Notes: generated by a model from the sequence alone, not told the origin. A DNA stretch of 64,000 bases from an uncultured Bacilli bacterium (GCA_934176955.1 CAKPOS010000006.1:8566-72565); one strand, 5' to 3'. Counted from the first letter of the stretch, positions 29,753 through 40,619 are shown. Made by a program: numbers and translations.

Positions 29753-30527
29753 GATTGAATGTGAAAGTAATCATTCAGTATTATTTTTTAAAAATAAAAA
29801 TTTAAAATTAAAAAAAAATTTATCAGTAATTGTTGAAACAGATAAGGGATTGCAGTTTGGCAAAGTTATTGGTTTTGTAAATGATGGTTCAAAATTTGAC
29901 AATATTGAACTTTTTTCTGTGGTTAGGATAGCTAGTAAAAAAGATTATTACTATTATTTGGAAACTTTAAAATTGGAAAAGAAATGTTTTTCGGTTTGCA
30001 AAGCAATGGTGAATAGATTAAAATTAGATATGACTGTTTTGGATGCTTATTATAATTTTGATCGTACTCAGTTAATTTTTCGATTTATTGCTGAATCTAG
30101 AATAGATTTTCGACAACTTGCTCGTGAATTAGGTGCCACTTTTCATACTAGAATAGAACTTCGTCAGATTGGAATAAGAGATAAAGCGAAAGAAGTTGGT
30201 GGAATTGGTCCTTGTGGACGATTACTTTGTTGTAGTAGCTTTCTAAAAAATTTTGATAGCGTAACTATTAATATGGCAAAGAATCAAAATGTTTCTTTAA
30301 ATCCTACGAAAATAAATGGGGTTTGTGGGAGATTATTATGTTGTCTTCGGTATGAGAATGAGGATTATCTTCAAGAAAAGAAAAAGTATCCTAAAATTGG
30401 TTCTATTATAGAAACTCCAAAAGGAAAGGGGAAAGTTATTTCTATAAATATAGTTAGAAAAATTTATACAATTGAATTAGAGAATAAAGTGAGAGTAGAA
30501 GTGAGTTATTTTGAAGATAAAGAATAG
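29739..30527 (+). CDS. ricT: PSP1-domain protein RicT (YaaT)
   Basis: PSP1 C-terminal domain with paired CGRLLCC motifs. Follows holB as in B. subtilis. Confidence 0.85.
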   Translation: MSIVEIECESNHSVLFFKNKNLKLKKNLSVIVETDKGLQFGKVIGFVNDGSKFDNIELFSVVRIASKKDYYYYLETLKLEKKCFSVCKAMVNRLKLDMTVLDAYYNFDRTQLIFRFIAESRIDFRQLARELGATFHTRIELRQIGIRDKAKEVGGIGPCGRLLCCSSFLKNFDSVTINMAKNQNVSLNPTKINGVCGRLLCCLRYENEDYLQEKKKYPKIGSIIETPKGKGKVISINIVRKIYTIELENKVRVEVSYFEDKE

Positions 30528-31236
30528 ATTATTAAATTTGGATATGATTATTTATCAAGATAGTGATTGGTTTAAATTTTCATTGGATTCTGTATTGTTG
30601 GCAAATTTTGTTACGATTAATTATCGTGTTAAAAAAATTATGGATTTTGCTACGGGAAATGCCCCAATTCCAATGTTGCTTTCCTATCGAACAAGTGCTC
30701 AAATTTATGGAGTTGAATATCAAAAATGTGTTTATGAATTGGCCATTCAATCGATAAATGAAAATAATTTGGGAAATCAAATTCATTTGAGTTGTGGAGA
30801 TGTTTCTGATTTAAAAAATAAATTTCAAAGTGATTCTTTTGATGTTGTAACATGTAATCCTCCTTATTTTAAAACTTTAAGTTCGAATTATTTTAATCAA
30901 AATTTTGTAAAATCTATAGCTCGGCATGAGATTTTTTTGAATTTAGATATTATTTTTAGACAAGCTTTTTATTTATTGAAAACAGGCGGAGTTTTTGCTA
31001 TGGTTCATCGTACTGAAAGATTTAGTGAAATTTTAGAAAAAATGAAAAAATATCATTTGGAACCAAAGAGAATTCAATTTATTTATCCTAAAGAAGGAAA
31101 GAATAGTGATTTATTTTTGATAGAGGCTGTAAAAAATGGGAATGTTGGTTTGAAAATGTTATTTCCATTAATTATTCATGAAAATGATAATACTTATACA
31201 GAAGAAGTTTCTAGAATATTAGAATTTAAATATTAG
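30511..31236 (+). CDS. yabB: SAM-dependent N6-adenine methyltransferase (YabB / tRNA m6A37 family)
   Basis: NPPYF catalytic motif and a small methyltransferase fold. Start ambiguous (TTG 30511 or ATG 30544). Confidence 0.75.
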   Translation: MKIKNRLLNLDMIIYQDSDWFKFSLDSVLLANFVTINYRVKKIMDFATGNAPIPMLLSYRTSAQIYGVEYQKCVYELAIQSINENNLGNQIHLSCGDVSDLKNKFQSDSFDVVTCNPPYFKTLSSNYFNQNFVKSIARHEIFLNLDIIFRQAFYLLKTGGVFAMVHRTERFSEILEKMKKYHLEPKRIQFIYPKEGKNSDLFLIEAVKNGNVGLKMLFPLIIHENDNTYTEEVSRILEFKY

Positions 31237-31246
31237 GAGGTTTTTT

Positions 31247-32092
31247 ATGTGGAAAAGAAGTTATGATAATGGTGCTATTTTATATTTAGTTCCTACACCT
31301 ATTGGAAATATGGAAGATATTACTTTTAGAAGCTTAAGAATATTAAAGGAAGTAGATGTTGTTTTTTCTGAAGATACAAGAGTAACACAAAATTTATTTA
31401 ATTATTTTGAAATTAAGAAGAAATTAGTTGCTCTTCATGATCATAATGAAAATATTGTTAAGGAAGAAGTGCTTTCTTATTTGGAACAAGGTTGTAATGT
31501 TGCTATTGTTACAGATAGAGGAACACCAATTGTTAGTGATCCTGGTTATAAAACGGTGTCTTATGTTAGCCAAAAAGGATATTCAGTCGTTGCTTTGCCT
31601 GGTGCTTGTGCTTTTGTTCCAGCGTTAATTGTGTCTGGAATCAATCCACAGCCTTTTACCTTTTATGGATTTTTGGATAGTAAAATTGAAAAAAGAAAAA
31701 AAGAATTAATGCAGTTGAAATTTGTAACAAATACGCTTATTTTTTATGAGGCTCCTCATCGAATTTTACAAACAATGAAATTAATGTTAGAAATTTTTGG
31801 GGATAGAGAAGTTAGTTTATCTAGAGAGATTACTAAGAAATTTGAGAGTGTTTATCGGGGAAAAATTTCTAATTTATTGCCGACATTGGAAAGTATTAAA
31901 GGAGAATTTGTTATTGTTGTATCTGGTTTTGAAAAGAATCTTGCTGATATGGAGTGTGGAATAGTTGAGCAGGTACAATTTTATATAGATAATGGCATGA
32001 AAAAGATGGAAGCAATTAAAATTGTAGCAAGAGAAAGAGAAATGAAGAAAAATGATGTATACGCTTTGTATCATCAGGAGGTAGAAAAGTGA
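31247..32092 (+). CDS. rsmI: 16S rRNA (cytidine1402-2'-O)-methyltransferase
   Basis: LYLVPTPIGNMEDITFRSLRILKEVDVVFSEDTR, a tetrapyrrole-methylase fold. Confidence 0.9.
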   Translation: MWKRSYDNGAILYLVPTPIGNMEDITFRSLRILKEVDVVFSEDTRVTQNLFNYFEIKKKLVALHDHNENIVKEEVLSYLEQGCNVAIVTDRGTPIVSDPGYKTVSYVSQKGYSVVALPGACAFVPALIVSGINPQPFTFYGFLDSKIEKRKKELMQLKFVTNTLIFYEAPHRILQTMKLMLEIFGDREVSLSREITKKFESVYRGKISNLLPTLESIKGEFVIVVSGFEKNLADMECGIVEQVQFYIDNGMKKMEAIKIVAREREMKKNDVYALYHQEVEK

Positions 32093-32649
32093 AATTGATA
32101 GTGGGTTTGGGTAATCCTGGTAGGGAATATGTTAATACTAGACATAATATTGGTTTTCAATTGTTAGATTATATTGCTGGTAAAAATGGTTATTGTTTTT
32201 CTAGGGAAAAGTTTAACGGCAGTTGTGCAAAATTGATGATTAATGGAGAAAAAGTATTACTTGTTAAACCTTTATCTTATATGAATTTATCAGGGTCAGT
32301 AGTTGCTAAATATGTTTCTTTTTATAAGATTAGTTTTGATGATATTTTGATTATTCAAGATGATTTGGATATGAATTTTGGAAGAATTAAGATTGTTTAT
32401 GACAGTAGTTGTGGTGGACATAATGGAATTAGAGATATTGAAAGGTGTCTTGGGACTAAAAAATATACTAGATTAAAAATTGGAATTGCACATGATAAAT
32501 CAATGGATACAAAAGATTACGTATTAGGAAGTTTTAATAAAGATGAGCAGCAAGAAATAGAAAAAATTGATCATTATTTAGAGAATGTAGTTCATGATTT
32601 TTGTTGTATGAGTTTGGAAAATTTGATGAGTAAATATAATCGAAAATAA
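32089..32649 (+). CDS. pth: peptidyl-tRNA hydrolase
   Basis: GTG start overlapping the rsmI stop. GLGNPGREYVNTRHNIGF. Confidence 0.9.
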   Translation: MKLIVGLGNPGREYVNTRHNIGFQLLDYIAGKNGYCFSREKFNGSCAKLMINGEKVLLVKPLSYMNLSGSVVAKYVSFYKISFDDILIIQDDLDMNFGRIKIVYDSSCGGHNGIRDIERCLGTKKYTRLKIGIAHDKSMDTKDYVLGSFNKDEQQEIEKIDHYLENVVHDFCCMSLENLMSKYNRK

Positions 32650-32695
32650 AAATACTTATCAATATTTTTTTCGTTATTTAAGGAGGAATGTTTGT

Positions 32696-35600
32696 ATGAA
32701 TTTTTTTGAGCGTTTGTTTGATGTCTGTGATAATGATTATTATGGAGTAAGTGGGCTTAATGCTGAATTGAATTGTGTTTATGTTTATGATGCTTTTGTT
32801 AAATATCAGAGAGGTATGGTTATTGTTACTAATTCTTTGTATGAAGCTAATACTTTATATAATAAGTTGTTGAGTTATACAAATAGAGTATTATTTTTTC
32901 CTATGGATGATTTTATTACAAGTGAAGCAATAGCGATTAGTCCTGAATTTAAGAGTGAAAGAATTCATACTTTAAATCAATTATCTAGAGATAATAATTA
33001 TATTGTTGTTACTAATTTGATGGGTATACTTAGGTATTTGCCTATTGTTGATGTTTGGAAAAATCACATTGTTCATTTAAAAAAGGGAATGTCAGTTGAA
33101 AGAGATCGATTGATTCAACAGTTGTATGAGATGGGATATGAAAGAGAGACAATTGTTAGCGAAACAGGTAAATTGGGGGTTAGAGGCTATGTTTTAGATA
33201 TTTTTCCTATTGATTTCGAAAATCCTATTCGTATTGAATTTTGGGGAGATGAAATTGATAGTATAAAATATTTTGATGTTGATTCACAAATTTCATCGAA
33301 TTTAGTAGATGAGATTGATATTTATCCATATTCTGAATTTTTACTTAGTACTAAATCTGTTGATGATGTTATGCAAAAAAAACAAAAGTATTTAAAGTAT
33401 TATTCAGATCAAATTGGTTCATTATGGGATTATATGGGTAAATATATGTGTTTTTATTATGACTACAATCAAATTGAAGAAGGCTATAAAATACTTAGGG
33501 AAACTATTTTCAATTATGATAAGGATAATCGTAATACATCAGGTATTCAAACTGATTATATGTATGATTTAAAAGATATTCATTTTGAAAAAGAAATTTT
33601 TTTGATGAATTTTGACAATATTTTAATGAATATTAAGTTAAAAGAAGAAAAAAAATATATTAGTGGTGCAGTAGATTGTTATAATGGTAATTTTAATTTA
33701 TTGAAAAATGATTTAGAGAAATATTTATTACATAATAAAACAGTTATTCTTTGTGTTGAAGATGAAAATTCTAGAAAGAGAATTGGGAAGTATTTTGAAG
33801 ATATAAATATTGTTAATTCTAGTGAAGATTCTATTGCTTTGGGAAAAATTAACATTATTGTTAAAGGTATTGATTCTGGGTTCCTTTTTGGGGATTATGT
33901 GGTAATTTCGGCGAATGATATGTTTCATACTAGTGAAGTAAAGAAAAAATATAAAAATAAATTTAAACTTGGGACTAAAATTAATAGTGTTAGTAATATT
34001 TCTAAAGGAGATTATATTGTACATGAGTCGCATGGAATTGGAATTTATGATGAATTGTGTACAATTGTGAAAAATGGTTATAAAAAAGATTATATAAAAT
34101 TAATTTATGATGGTGGGGATGTTTTATATATTCCAGTAGAAAAAATAGATCGAATTAGTAAATTTTCTGGAAAAGAAGGTGTTAGTGTTCGTCTTGATAG
34201 TCTTAGTAGCGATAAATGGCAGAAGAGGAAGGCTCGTGTTCGTAGTAGATTAGAAGATATTGCAGCTAATTTAATTAAGGTTTCTGCTGAAAGAGAAGCA
34301 ATGAAGGGGTTTGCTTTTTCTCAAGATGATGAGACGCAAGTTTTGTTTGACAGTAATTTTCAATTTGAAGAAACTCCTGATCAATTGAAGGCTATTTCAG
34401 CGATTAAATATGAGATGGAAAAGCCTAAACCTATGGATATGTTGTTGTGTGGAGATGTTGGTTATGGAAAAACAGAGGTTGCTTTTCGTGCAATGTTTAA
34501 GGCAGTAAATGATGGAAAACAAGTATCTTATTTGTGTCCAACGACTATTTTATCAAATCAACAGTATAAGAATGCTTTGAAGAGATTTGCTGATTTTCCT
34601 GTTTCTATTGCTTTGTTAAATCGTTTTGTTGATCGAAAAAAACAGAAAAAAATTATTGAGGATGTTAAAGATGGAAAGGTAGATATTTTATTTGGTACAC
34701 ATAGAATTCTTAGTAATGATATTTCTTTTCGTGATTTGGGATTGTTGGTAATTGATGAAGAACAGAGATTTGGTGTTACGCATAAAGAGAAAATTAAACA
34801 GTATAAAGCAAATATAGATGTTCTTACTTTGTCTGCTACCCCCATTCCTAGGACACTTCAAATGTCAATGACTGGGATTCGTAGTCTTGCTTTGATAGAA
34901 ACTCCTCCTCTTCAACGTTTACCTATTCAAACTTATGTACTTGGGGAAAATAATAATGTAATTAAAGATGCTTTATATAAGGAGTTATCGAGAAATGGTC
35001 AGGCTTTTGTTTTATATAATCATGTTGATGATATTGAAAATAAGATGATTAAATTAAATGAGCTAGTTCCTGATGCTAGAATGGATTTTGCTCATGGGCA
35101 AATGACTAAAACTGAACTTGAAGATAAGATGCAAGATTTTATTGATCATAAATTTGACGTGTTAGTTTGTACGACAATTATTGAAACAGGAATAGATATT
35201 CCTAATGTAAATACTTTAATTATTATGGATGCTGATCATTTTGGTTTATCGCAATTGTATCAAATTAGGGGAAGAATTGGTCGTAGTGATAAGATTGGTT
35301 ATGCATATTTAATGTATGATAGTCATAAAGAGTTGAATGAGATTGCTGTTAAACGTTTGAATACAATTAAGGAATTTACAGAACTTGGTAGTGGATTTAA
35401 GATTGCAATGAGGGATTTATCTATTCGAGGGGCTGGAGATATTCTTGGTAGTGAACAATCGGGTTTTATTGATACAATTGGTATTGAACTTTATTTAAAG
35501 ATGTTGAAAGATGCTGTTGATAAAATTAAAGGGGAGTATGTAGAAGAAGAAGTTGATGAGAATTTAGATAATCGTAGTTTGATTGATGTGGATACTCATA

Positions 35601-36031
35601 TAGATGATAATTACATTAAAGATGATGACTTAAAGATAGAAATTCATAAGAAAATTAATGAAGTAAATTCTATGGAAAAATTAAATGAAGTAAAAGCAGA
35701 ATTAGAAAATCGATTTGGAAAAATTAGTTATGAGTTAGAAGTTTATATGTATGAAGAATGGTTTGAAAAATTAGCTAATAAATTAGAAATTAAGAAAGTA
35801 AAACAAACCAAAACTATGATTGATTTAGAGTTATCAGAAGATATTAGTAAAAAAATACAAGGTGAGGAATTATTTATGTTATCTTATGAGATATCGCGAA
35901 ATTTTAAATTGAGTTTTAAAGATAATAAGATTCATGTTATTTTAGAATTAGTTAATTTAGATAAACATTTCTTATTGTATATTATTGAACTTTTATCTAA
36001 ATTAATTGAAAAATTAGGATTAAAGATTTAA
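32696..36031 (+). CDS. mfd: transcription-repair coupling factor
   Basis: 1111 aa with a UvrB-like N-terminus, a CarD/TRCF RNAP-interaction domain and superfamily-2 helicase motifs (GDVGYGKTEV, DEEQRFGV). Confidence 0.95.
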   Translation: MNFFERLFDVCDNDYYGVSGLNAELNCVYVYDAFVKYQRGMVIVTNSLYEANTLYNKLLSYTNRVLFFPMDDFITSEAIAISPEFKSERIHTLNQLSRDNNYIVVTNLMGILRYLPIVDVWKNHIVHLKKGMSVERDRLIQQLYEMGYERETIVSETGKLGVRGYVLDIFPIDFENPIRIEFWGDEIDSIKYFDVDSQISSNLVDEIDIYPYSEFLLSTKSVDDVMQKKQKYLKYYSDQIGSLWDYMGKYMCFYYDYNQIEEGYKILRETIFNYDKDNRNTSGIQTDYMYDLKDIHFEKEIFLMNFDNILMNIKLKEEKKYISGAVDCYNGNFNLLKNDLEKYLLHNKTVILCVEDENSRKRIGKYFEDINIVNSSEDSIALGKINIIVKGIDSGFLFGDYVVISANDMFHTSEVKKKYKNKFKLGTKINSVSNISKGDYIVHESHGIGIYDELCTIVKNGYKKDYIKLIYDGGDVLYIPVEKIDRISKFSGKEGVSVRLDSLSSDKWQKRKARVRSRLEDIAANLIKVSAEREAMKGFAFSQDDETQVLFDSNFQFEETPDQLKAISAIKYEMEKPKPMDMLLCGDVGYGKTEVAFRAMFKAVNDGKQVSYLCPTTILSNQQYKNALKRFADFPVSIALLNRFVDRKKQKKIIEDVKDGKVDILFGTHRILSNDISFRDLGLLVIDEEQRFGVTHKEKIKQYKANIDVLTLSATPIPRTLQMSMTGIRSLALIETPPLQRLPIQTYVLGENNNVIKDALYKELSRNGQAFVLYNHVDDIENKMIKLNELVPDARMDFAHGQMTKTELEDKMQDFIDHKFDVLVCTTIIETGIDIPNVNTLIIMDADHFGLSQLYQIRGRIGRSDKIGYAYLMYDSHKELNEIAVKRLNTIKEFTELGSGFKIAMRDLSIRGAGDILGSEQSGFIDTIGIELYLKMLKDAVDKIKGEYVEEEVDENLDNRSLIDVDTHIDDNYIKDDDLKIEIHKKINEVNSMEKLNEVKAELENRFGKISYELEVYMYEEWFEKLANKLEIKKVKQTKTMIDLELSEDISKKIQGEELFMLSYEISRNFKLSFKDNKIHVILELVNLDKHFLLYIIELLSKLIEKLGLKI

Positions 36032-36057
36032 AAATAAAAAATGTTTGGTGGTTATTT

Positions 36058-36944
36058 ATGAAAATATTATTGTTTTTCTTTCTTTTTCTTTTCTTTCTTG
36101 TAATATTAGATAACATTTTTGAACTTATTTATTCTCGAAATGGTGATTATTGTTATGGTAAAACTGGGAACAGAGTTAAAAAAAATATTTCTAATTTTAA
36201 TATTATTCCGTGTAATAATGATATTTTTCGTTGCTATTGGATTGCTGTTAATTATCATTTAGTTAAGAAAAAAGAAGATTTTCTTGTTTCAATTTTATTA
36301 AAGTGGCTTCACAATGGAAATATTAAGATTCAAAAAATTGATCATAAAACTTTTTATAAAAAAATATTTTTAATATTATTTTTATAAAACCACCAAGTGA
36401 CACAATTGAATTGGAAGAAAGATTATATGAATATATGTATAAAGCTAGTCAAAATGGGGAATTGAATAGAAAAAAATTTAAAAAATGGTGTTGGGAAAAT
36501 GATGTAAATATTCGTAGGTGGTTTGAGGAAGTTCTTGATTTTGAGAGAAAAATGCTTATTAATGATAATAAAATCAGTGTTCGTGAGATTAAAATTAGAA
36601 AATTAGGTTATCGATTAAAGGGCCTAGTATTTGATGTTGACTCTTCTATGATGACTGAAGCGGAAAAAATTGTTGGTTTTAAGAATTACTTAAAAAAAAT
36701 TTCTAGTATTCAAGGAAAAGAGTTTATAGATATTAATTTTTTGAATGATTATTTAATGTATGCTCAAATGTTTGGGATTGTTAATAAAGTTGCACGACGT
36801 TTTAACTCGTTATATCCAGAAGTAATTAGAGATATGGATATAGGTTATAGTTATGATGATATTGTATTTTTAAATATGTTGGTAAATACTGGAATTAGTA
36901 CTGCTCGAAAAATTTCAAGAAATGATGATAGAATTGGATATTGA
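36058..36944 (+). pseudogene. membrane-anchored hypothetical protein split by a frameshift in an A7 tract (ORFs 36058-36387 and 36360/36411-36944)
   Basis: Frame 1 ends ...DHKTFYKKIFLILFL*. The second frame is already open from 36360 (KNIFNIIFIKPPSDTIELEERLYEYMYK...). The two frames overlap across A7 at 36358-36364, and one extra A would fuse them into ~290 aa. The C-terminal NDYLMYAQMFGIVNKVARRF weakly resembles DUF2207-type tails. Confidence 0.5.
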
Positions 36945-37061
36945 TTGAATTAAATATTTAAAGAATTAATTTGTATTTTATTAGAATTTAAAGTACTATT
37001 AATTCTTTTTTTCTTGTTTTGAAAAAAATATTTAAGTATAATGATAAAGAGGTGTATTTTT

Positions 37062-37841
37062 GTGAAAATAATATTTAGTGATTTTGATAAAACTTTGGTA
37101 GATAGAGGTGTTAATAATGGGAAAATCAAAGATATTAATTTAGATATTCTTAAAAAAATTAAGAGTAGTCAAGTTAATTTTTCTATTGTAAGTGGTAGGT
37201 GTTTATCTTTTTTTAAAGAAGAATATCCAGAATTGATGAATGTTGTTTCATTTTTTATTTCTTCTAATGGTAGTAGTATATATGATATTTTGGAGAGTAA
37301 GTATATTTATTTTAGTTTTATTGATAGTAGTGATTTAAAAAATGTTTATGAATGTGCTAAAAAGTATAATTTAAGTGTATATTTTAATTTATTAAATAAA
37401 CGATTTTATTCTGAGAAAGGATCTTATCAGTATTTTAAGTTTGATGAAATGCAATGTGAGCAAGTGGTGTTGATGGGAGATATTGAAAATTATGAAATTT
37501 TAATTGACGATATTGATAAAATCGAAAATTTAAAAGTTAGTAATAAAGGAAAAAATCCAGATAATGGTAGTTTCTTTTTGGATATTAATCGAAAAGATGT
37601 ATCTAAAGGAAAAGCAATTTCTTATTTATGTGATTATTTAGAAATTGATAGAAATGATACTATTTGCTTTGGTGATAGTGATAATGATTTATCGATGTTT
37701 CAAGTAGTTGGTAAAGGGATAGCTGTTGAAAATGCAAGTGAGAAAATTAAAGAGAATGCCGATGAAAAAATTGGAACTGTGTGGGAAGGTAGTGTATTTA
37801 AATATATTGATAATATCTTAAAGAAAGAAAATAATTTTTAG
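37062..37841 (+). CDS. Cof-type HAD-IIB phosphatase
   Basis: GTG 37062 after AAAGAGGTG. Motif I is FSDFDKTLVD and motif IV is GDSDNDLSMF. Confidence 0.8.
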   Translation: MKIIFSDFDKTLVDRGVNNGKIKDINLDILKKIKSSQVNFSIVSGRCLSFFKEEYPELMNVVSFFISSNGSSIYDILESKYIYFSFIDSSDLKNVYECAKKYNLSVYFNLLNKRFYSEKGSYQYFKFDEMQCEQVVLMGDIENYEILIDDIDKIENLKVSNKGKNPDNGSFFLDINRKDVSKGKAISYLCDYLEIDRNDTICFGDSDNDLSMFQVVGKGIAVENASEKIKENADEKIGTVWEGSVFKYIDNILKKENNF

Positions 37842-38043
37842 TTTTTTTTAAGAATGGTGTATTTTTTTTGATGATTTGCTTAATATGATAATGTAGTTAT
37901 TATTTCTTTTTTGTTTATTCCTGGAAAAGCTGATGAATAATCATTGGCTTTTTTTGTAAAGTTTTTGTGGAATAGTATATTTTTTTTAACATTTTTTATT
38001 TCTTTCTTATTTTTTTGGTATAATTATGAAAAAGAGGGATGTT

Positions 38044-38358
38044 ATGAAGAAAGATAGAATTATTAATACTGAGGAATTAAGATTAAAAATTGTGAATATG
38101 TTAAAGATATATGGTTATTATGATGGTATTTTGGTGAGTAGTAATAATGAAAAAGGGTTTGTGGATGGAAGTTTATCTTTAGATGATATTATTCTTAATC
38201 GGAAAGATTTTAAAGAATTAAAACGAAGTGTTAAGAAATTGTTGGATTATTGTTATGAGAATAACTTTGATGAGTTGATAAGAGAAGTAAATTATTTTTA
38301 TCAAGTAATGGAAAAAAATATTCGTAAAAAATTCGGCAATTTATTTGATAAGTTTTGA
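38044..38358 (+). CDS. hypothetical protein (104 aa)
   Basis: ATG 38044 after AGAGGGA, with an extended -10 TGGTATAAT upstream. No recognisable motif. Tightly followed by the DUF2974 gene. Confidence 0.5.
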   Translation: MKKDRIINTEELRLKIVNMLKIYGYYDGILVSSNNEKGFVDGSLSLDDIILNRKDFKELKRSVKKLLDYCYENNFDELIREVNYFYQVMEKNIRKKFGNLFDKF

Positions 38359-38386
38359 TGAATTGTTTTTGATTGGAGGATAGAAA

Positions 38387-39484
38387 ATGAACTTAAATCG
38401 TTATGTGGATGATTATGGGTGCTATACATTTGATGATGTTCCTTTTAATGAAGTCGATAATGCGGTGATGTCAGCTATTTCTTATGTGAATTTAGATGGT
38501 ATTGTTTCAAAAAATCGATTTCATAAAATTACTATTGAAGAGGCTGGAAATATATATTTTAAAAGACATTCCAAAAAGGAAAAACAGGTTCTTGCGGTTA
38601 GGGAAGCAATTAAACTATTTTATATTATTAAGGATACAGAAAGATATAAAAAATTATATCTTTATAATTATACTTATGAATCTGGAGATGCTGAACAATT
38701 TTCTGCTATTACTATTGAACTTTCTAATAAATTAGTTTATGTTTCTTTTGAGGGGACTGATCATTTGGTAAGTGGTTGGAAAGAAAATTTTATGCTTAGT
38801 TATCAGTTTCCTGTTTTATCCCAGAGGAGAGCAATTGATTATGTAAATAAGAATTTTCTTTTTCGTCATCATGAAATTATTTTAGGTGGTCATTCTAAAG
38901 GTGGTAATTTAGCTATGGTAGCAGGAATGTATGCTAATTTTTTGGTTCGGGATAAAATTGTTAAGATTTATAATAATGATGGTCCTGGTCTTTTGATGGA
39001 GCAGATTTCTTCTAAATATTATAAAAATGTTGCGAATAAAATGGTTCATATTATTCCTAATTATTCTATGGTTGGTTTATTGCTTAGGCATGAAAATAAT
39101 TATGTTGTAGTAAGGTCTGCTCGAAAGAGTATTTATGCACATGATATGTTTACGTGGGTAGTTCGGGGTAAGGAATTTGAAAAGTGTGAGCTTAGTTCTT
39201 TTAGTAAAGCGTTGGATGATAAGTTAATTCATTGGCTAAATAAATATGATCGAAAAACTAGAGAAGAGTTTGTTCTTTCTTTGTTTGATGTTTTTGATAA
39301 GGCTGGTGTTTATAGTTTAGTAGATATTATGGAGAAAAAATCTTTGATTATTCGAATTGTACTTGGAATTAATAATACTAATCCAGTGACGAAAAATATT
39401 TTAAAGGACTTTATTTTTGCTTTATTTCAATGTTTTAAAGATGTAAAAAAAGAGGAATTAATTTCTTTTTTTGAAAGAAAATAG
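38387..39484 (+). CDS. DUF2974 (Mbeg1-like) alpha/beta-hydrolase-fold protein
   Basis: Nucleophile-elbow-like GGHSKGGNLA within an otherwise lipase-like core. Confidence 0.7.
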   Translation: MNLNRYVDDYGCYTFDDVPFNEVDNAVMSAISYVNLDGIVSKNRFHKITIEEAGNIYFKRHSKKEKQVLAVREAIKLFYIIKDTERYKKLYLYNYTYESGDAEQFSAITIELSNKLVYVSFEGTDHLVSGWKENFMLSYQFPVLSQRRAIDYVNKNFLFRHHEIILGGHSKGGNLAMVAGMYANFLVRDKIVKIYNNDGPGLLMEQISSKYYKNVANKMVHIIPNYSMVGLLLRHENNYVVVRSARKSIYAHDMFTWVVRGKEFEKCELSSFSKALDDKLIHWLNKYDRKTREEFVLSLFDVFDKAGVYSLVDIMEKKSLIIRIVLGINNTNPVTKNILKDFIFALFQCFKDVKKEELISFFERK

Positions 39485-39599
39485 TACTTCTTTTTCTTTT
39501 GTACTTTCGATGTTATTTTTTGTAAAGTGGTTTCTTTGTATTGTTAAAAATTTTAATTGTATGATATAATGATTTCATCATAAAGAGGAGGTAAATGAT

Positions 39600-40619
39600 A
39601 TGAAGTGTGTATCGATTTCTGGGGAAAAAAGTTTTGTTTTGAAAAATATTGATGTACCTGTTTCTAAAGATGGTAGTGTGGTATTAGAGGTAAAATCTTG
39701 TGGTATATGTGGATCTGATATTCATTACTGGGTAGATGGTAATCCTGTTGGTTTAGTTATGGGACATGAATTTGCTGGTGTGGTAGTAGATCCTGGTTCT
39801 AGAAAGGATTTAGTAAAGGGGGATAGAGTAACTGGTTTACCTATTTCTCCATGTGGTAAGTGTGATGCTTGTAAGCATGGTATGCCTCAATATTGTCAAG
39901 ATACGTGGTCAGAGGCTGTTGGTCTTGCTCTTACTAATCCTGGTGCTTATGCTGAGTATACAAGTTGTAGATCTGATATGATTAGAAAGATTCCTAATAA
40001 TGTTAGTTTTGATGCAGCATGTATGACAGAGCCATCAGCTGTTGCTTTACATGCGGTTAAGCTTGCTGATATAAAGATAGGAGATTCTGTTTTGATTGTT
40101 GGTGGTGGTATTATTGGTCTTATGTCGGCTGAATTTGCTCGGCTTGCTGGTGCTGGTTATATAGCTATTTTGGAGACTAATAAAAAGCGTGGTAAAAAAG
40201 CTGTTAGTTTTGGAAAAATTAATGAGTATTATGATGCTACTAAGGAAGATAGTATTGCAAAAATGGTAACTAAAACAAATGGTGGATTTGATCATGTTAT
40301 TGAATGCTGTGGAAATTCTCCTGCTGTTAGTGAAGCGATTATGTCAGTTCGTCCAGGTGGTAGAATAGTGTTAGTTGGTGTATCGATGGATGCTGTTACT
40401 ATTCCAACAGTTGTTTCTGTGATGAGGGAAGTAACTCTTCAAGGGGCAATTGCATATACTCCAGAAGAGTTTGATACATGTTTAAAACTAATTAGTGAGA
40501 AAAAAATTAATGTTACTAAGTATATTGATGATTTAGTTTCTTTGGAAGATGTACAAGAATCTTTTGAAAGACTTACTAGTGGTAAAGATGCTGCGGTTAA
40601 AATTGTAATTAAGCCATAA
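39600..40619 (+). CDS. zinc-dependent medium-chain alcohol/polyol dehydrogenase
   Basis: CGICGSDIH and GHEFAG catalytic Zn ligands, structural Zn loop CGKCDACKHGMPQYC, and Rossmann GGGIIGL. Confidence 0.85.
   Translation: MKCVSISGEKSFVLKNIDVPVSKDGSVVLEVKSCGICGSDIHYWVDGNPVGLVMGHEFAGVVVDPGSRKDLVKGDRVTGLPISPCGKCDACKHGMPQYCQDTWSEAVGLALTNPGAYAEYTSCRSDMIRKIPNNVSFDAACMTEPSAVALHAVKLADIKIGDSVLIVGGGIIGLMSAEFARLAGAGYIAILETNKKRGKKAVSFGKINEYYDATKEDSIAKMVTKTNGGFDHVIECCGNSPAVSEAIMSVRPGGRIVLVGVSMDAVTIPTVVSVMREVTLQGAIAYTPEEFDTCLKLISEKKINVTKYIDDLVSLEDVQESFERLTSGKDAAVKIVIKP

Noticed and set aside
39600-40619. The alcohol dehydrogenase looks GC-richer, suggesting horizontal transfer
   Set aside because: Other Gly/Ala-rich conserved enzymes here (gyrB, ftsH) look similarly enriched. 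The difference is explained by amino-acid composition and cannot be quantified by eye.
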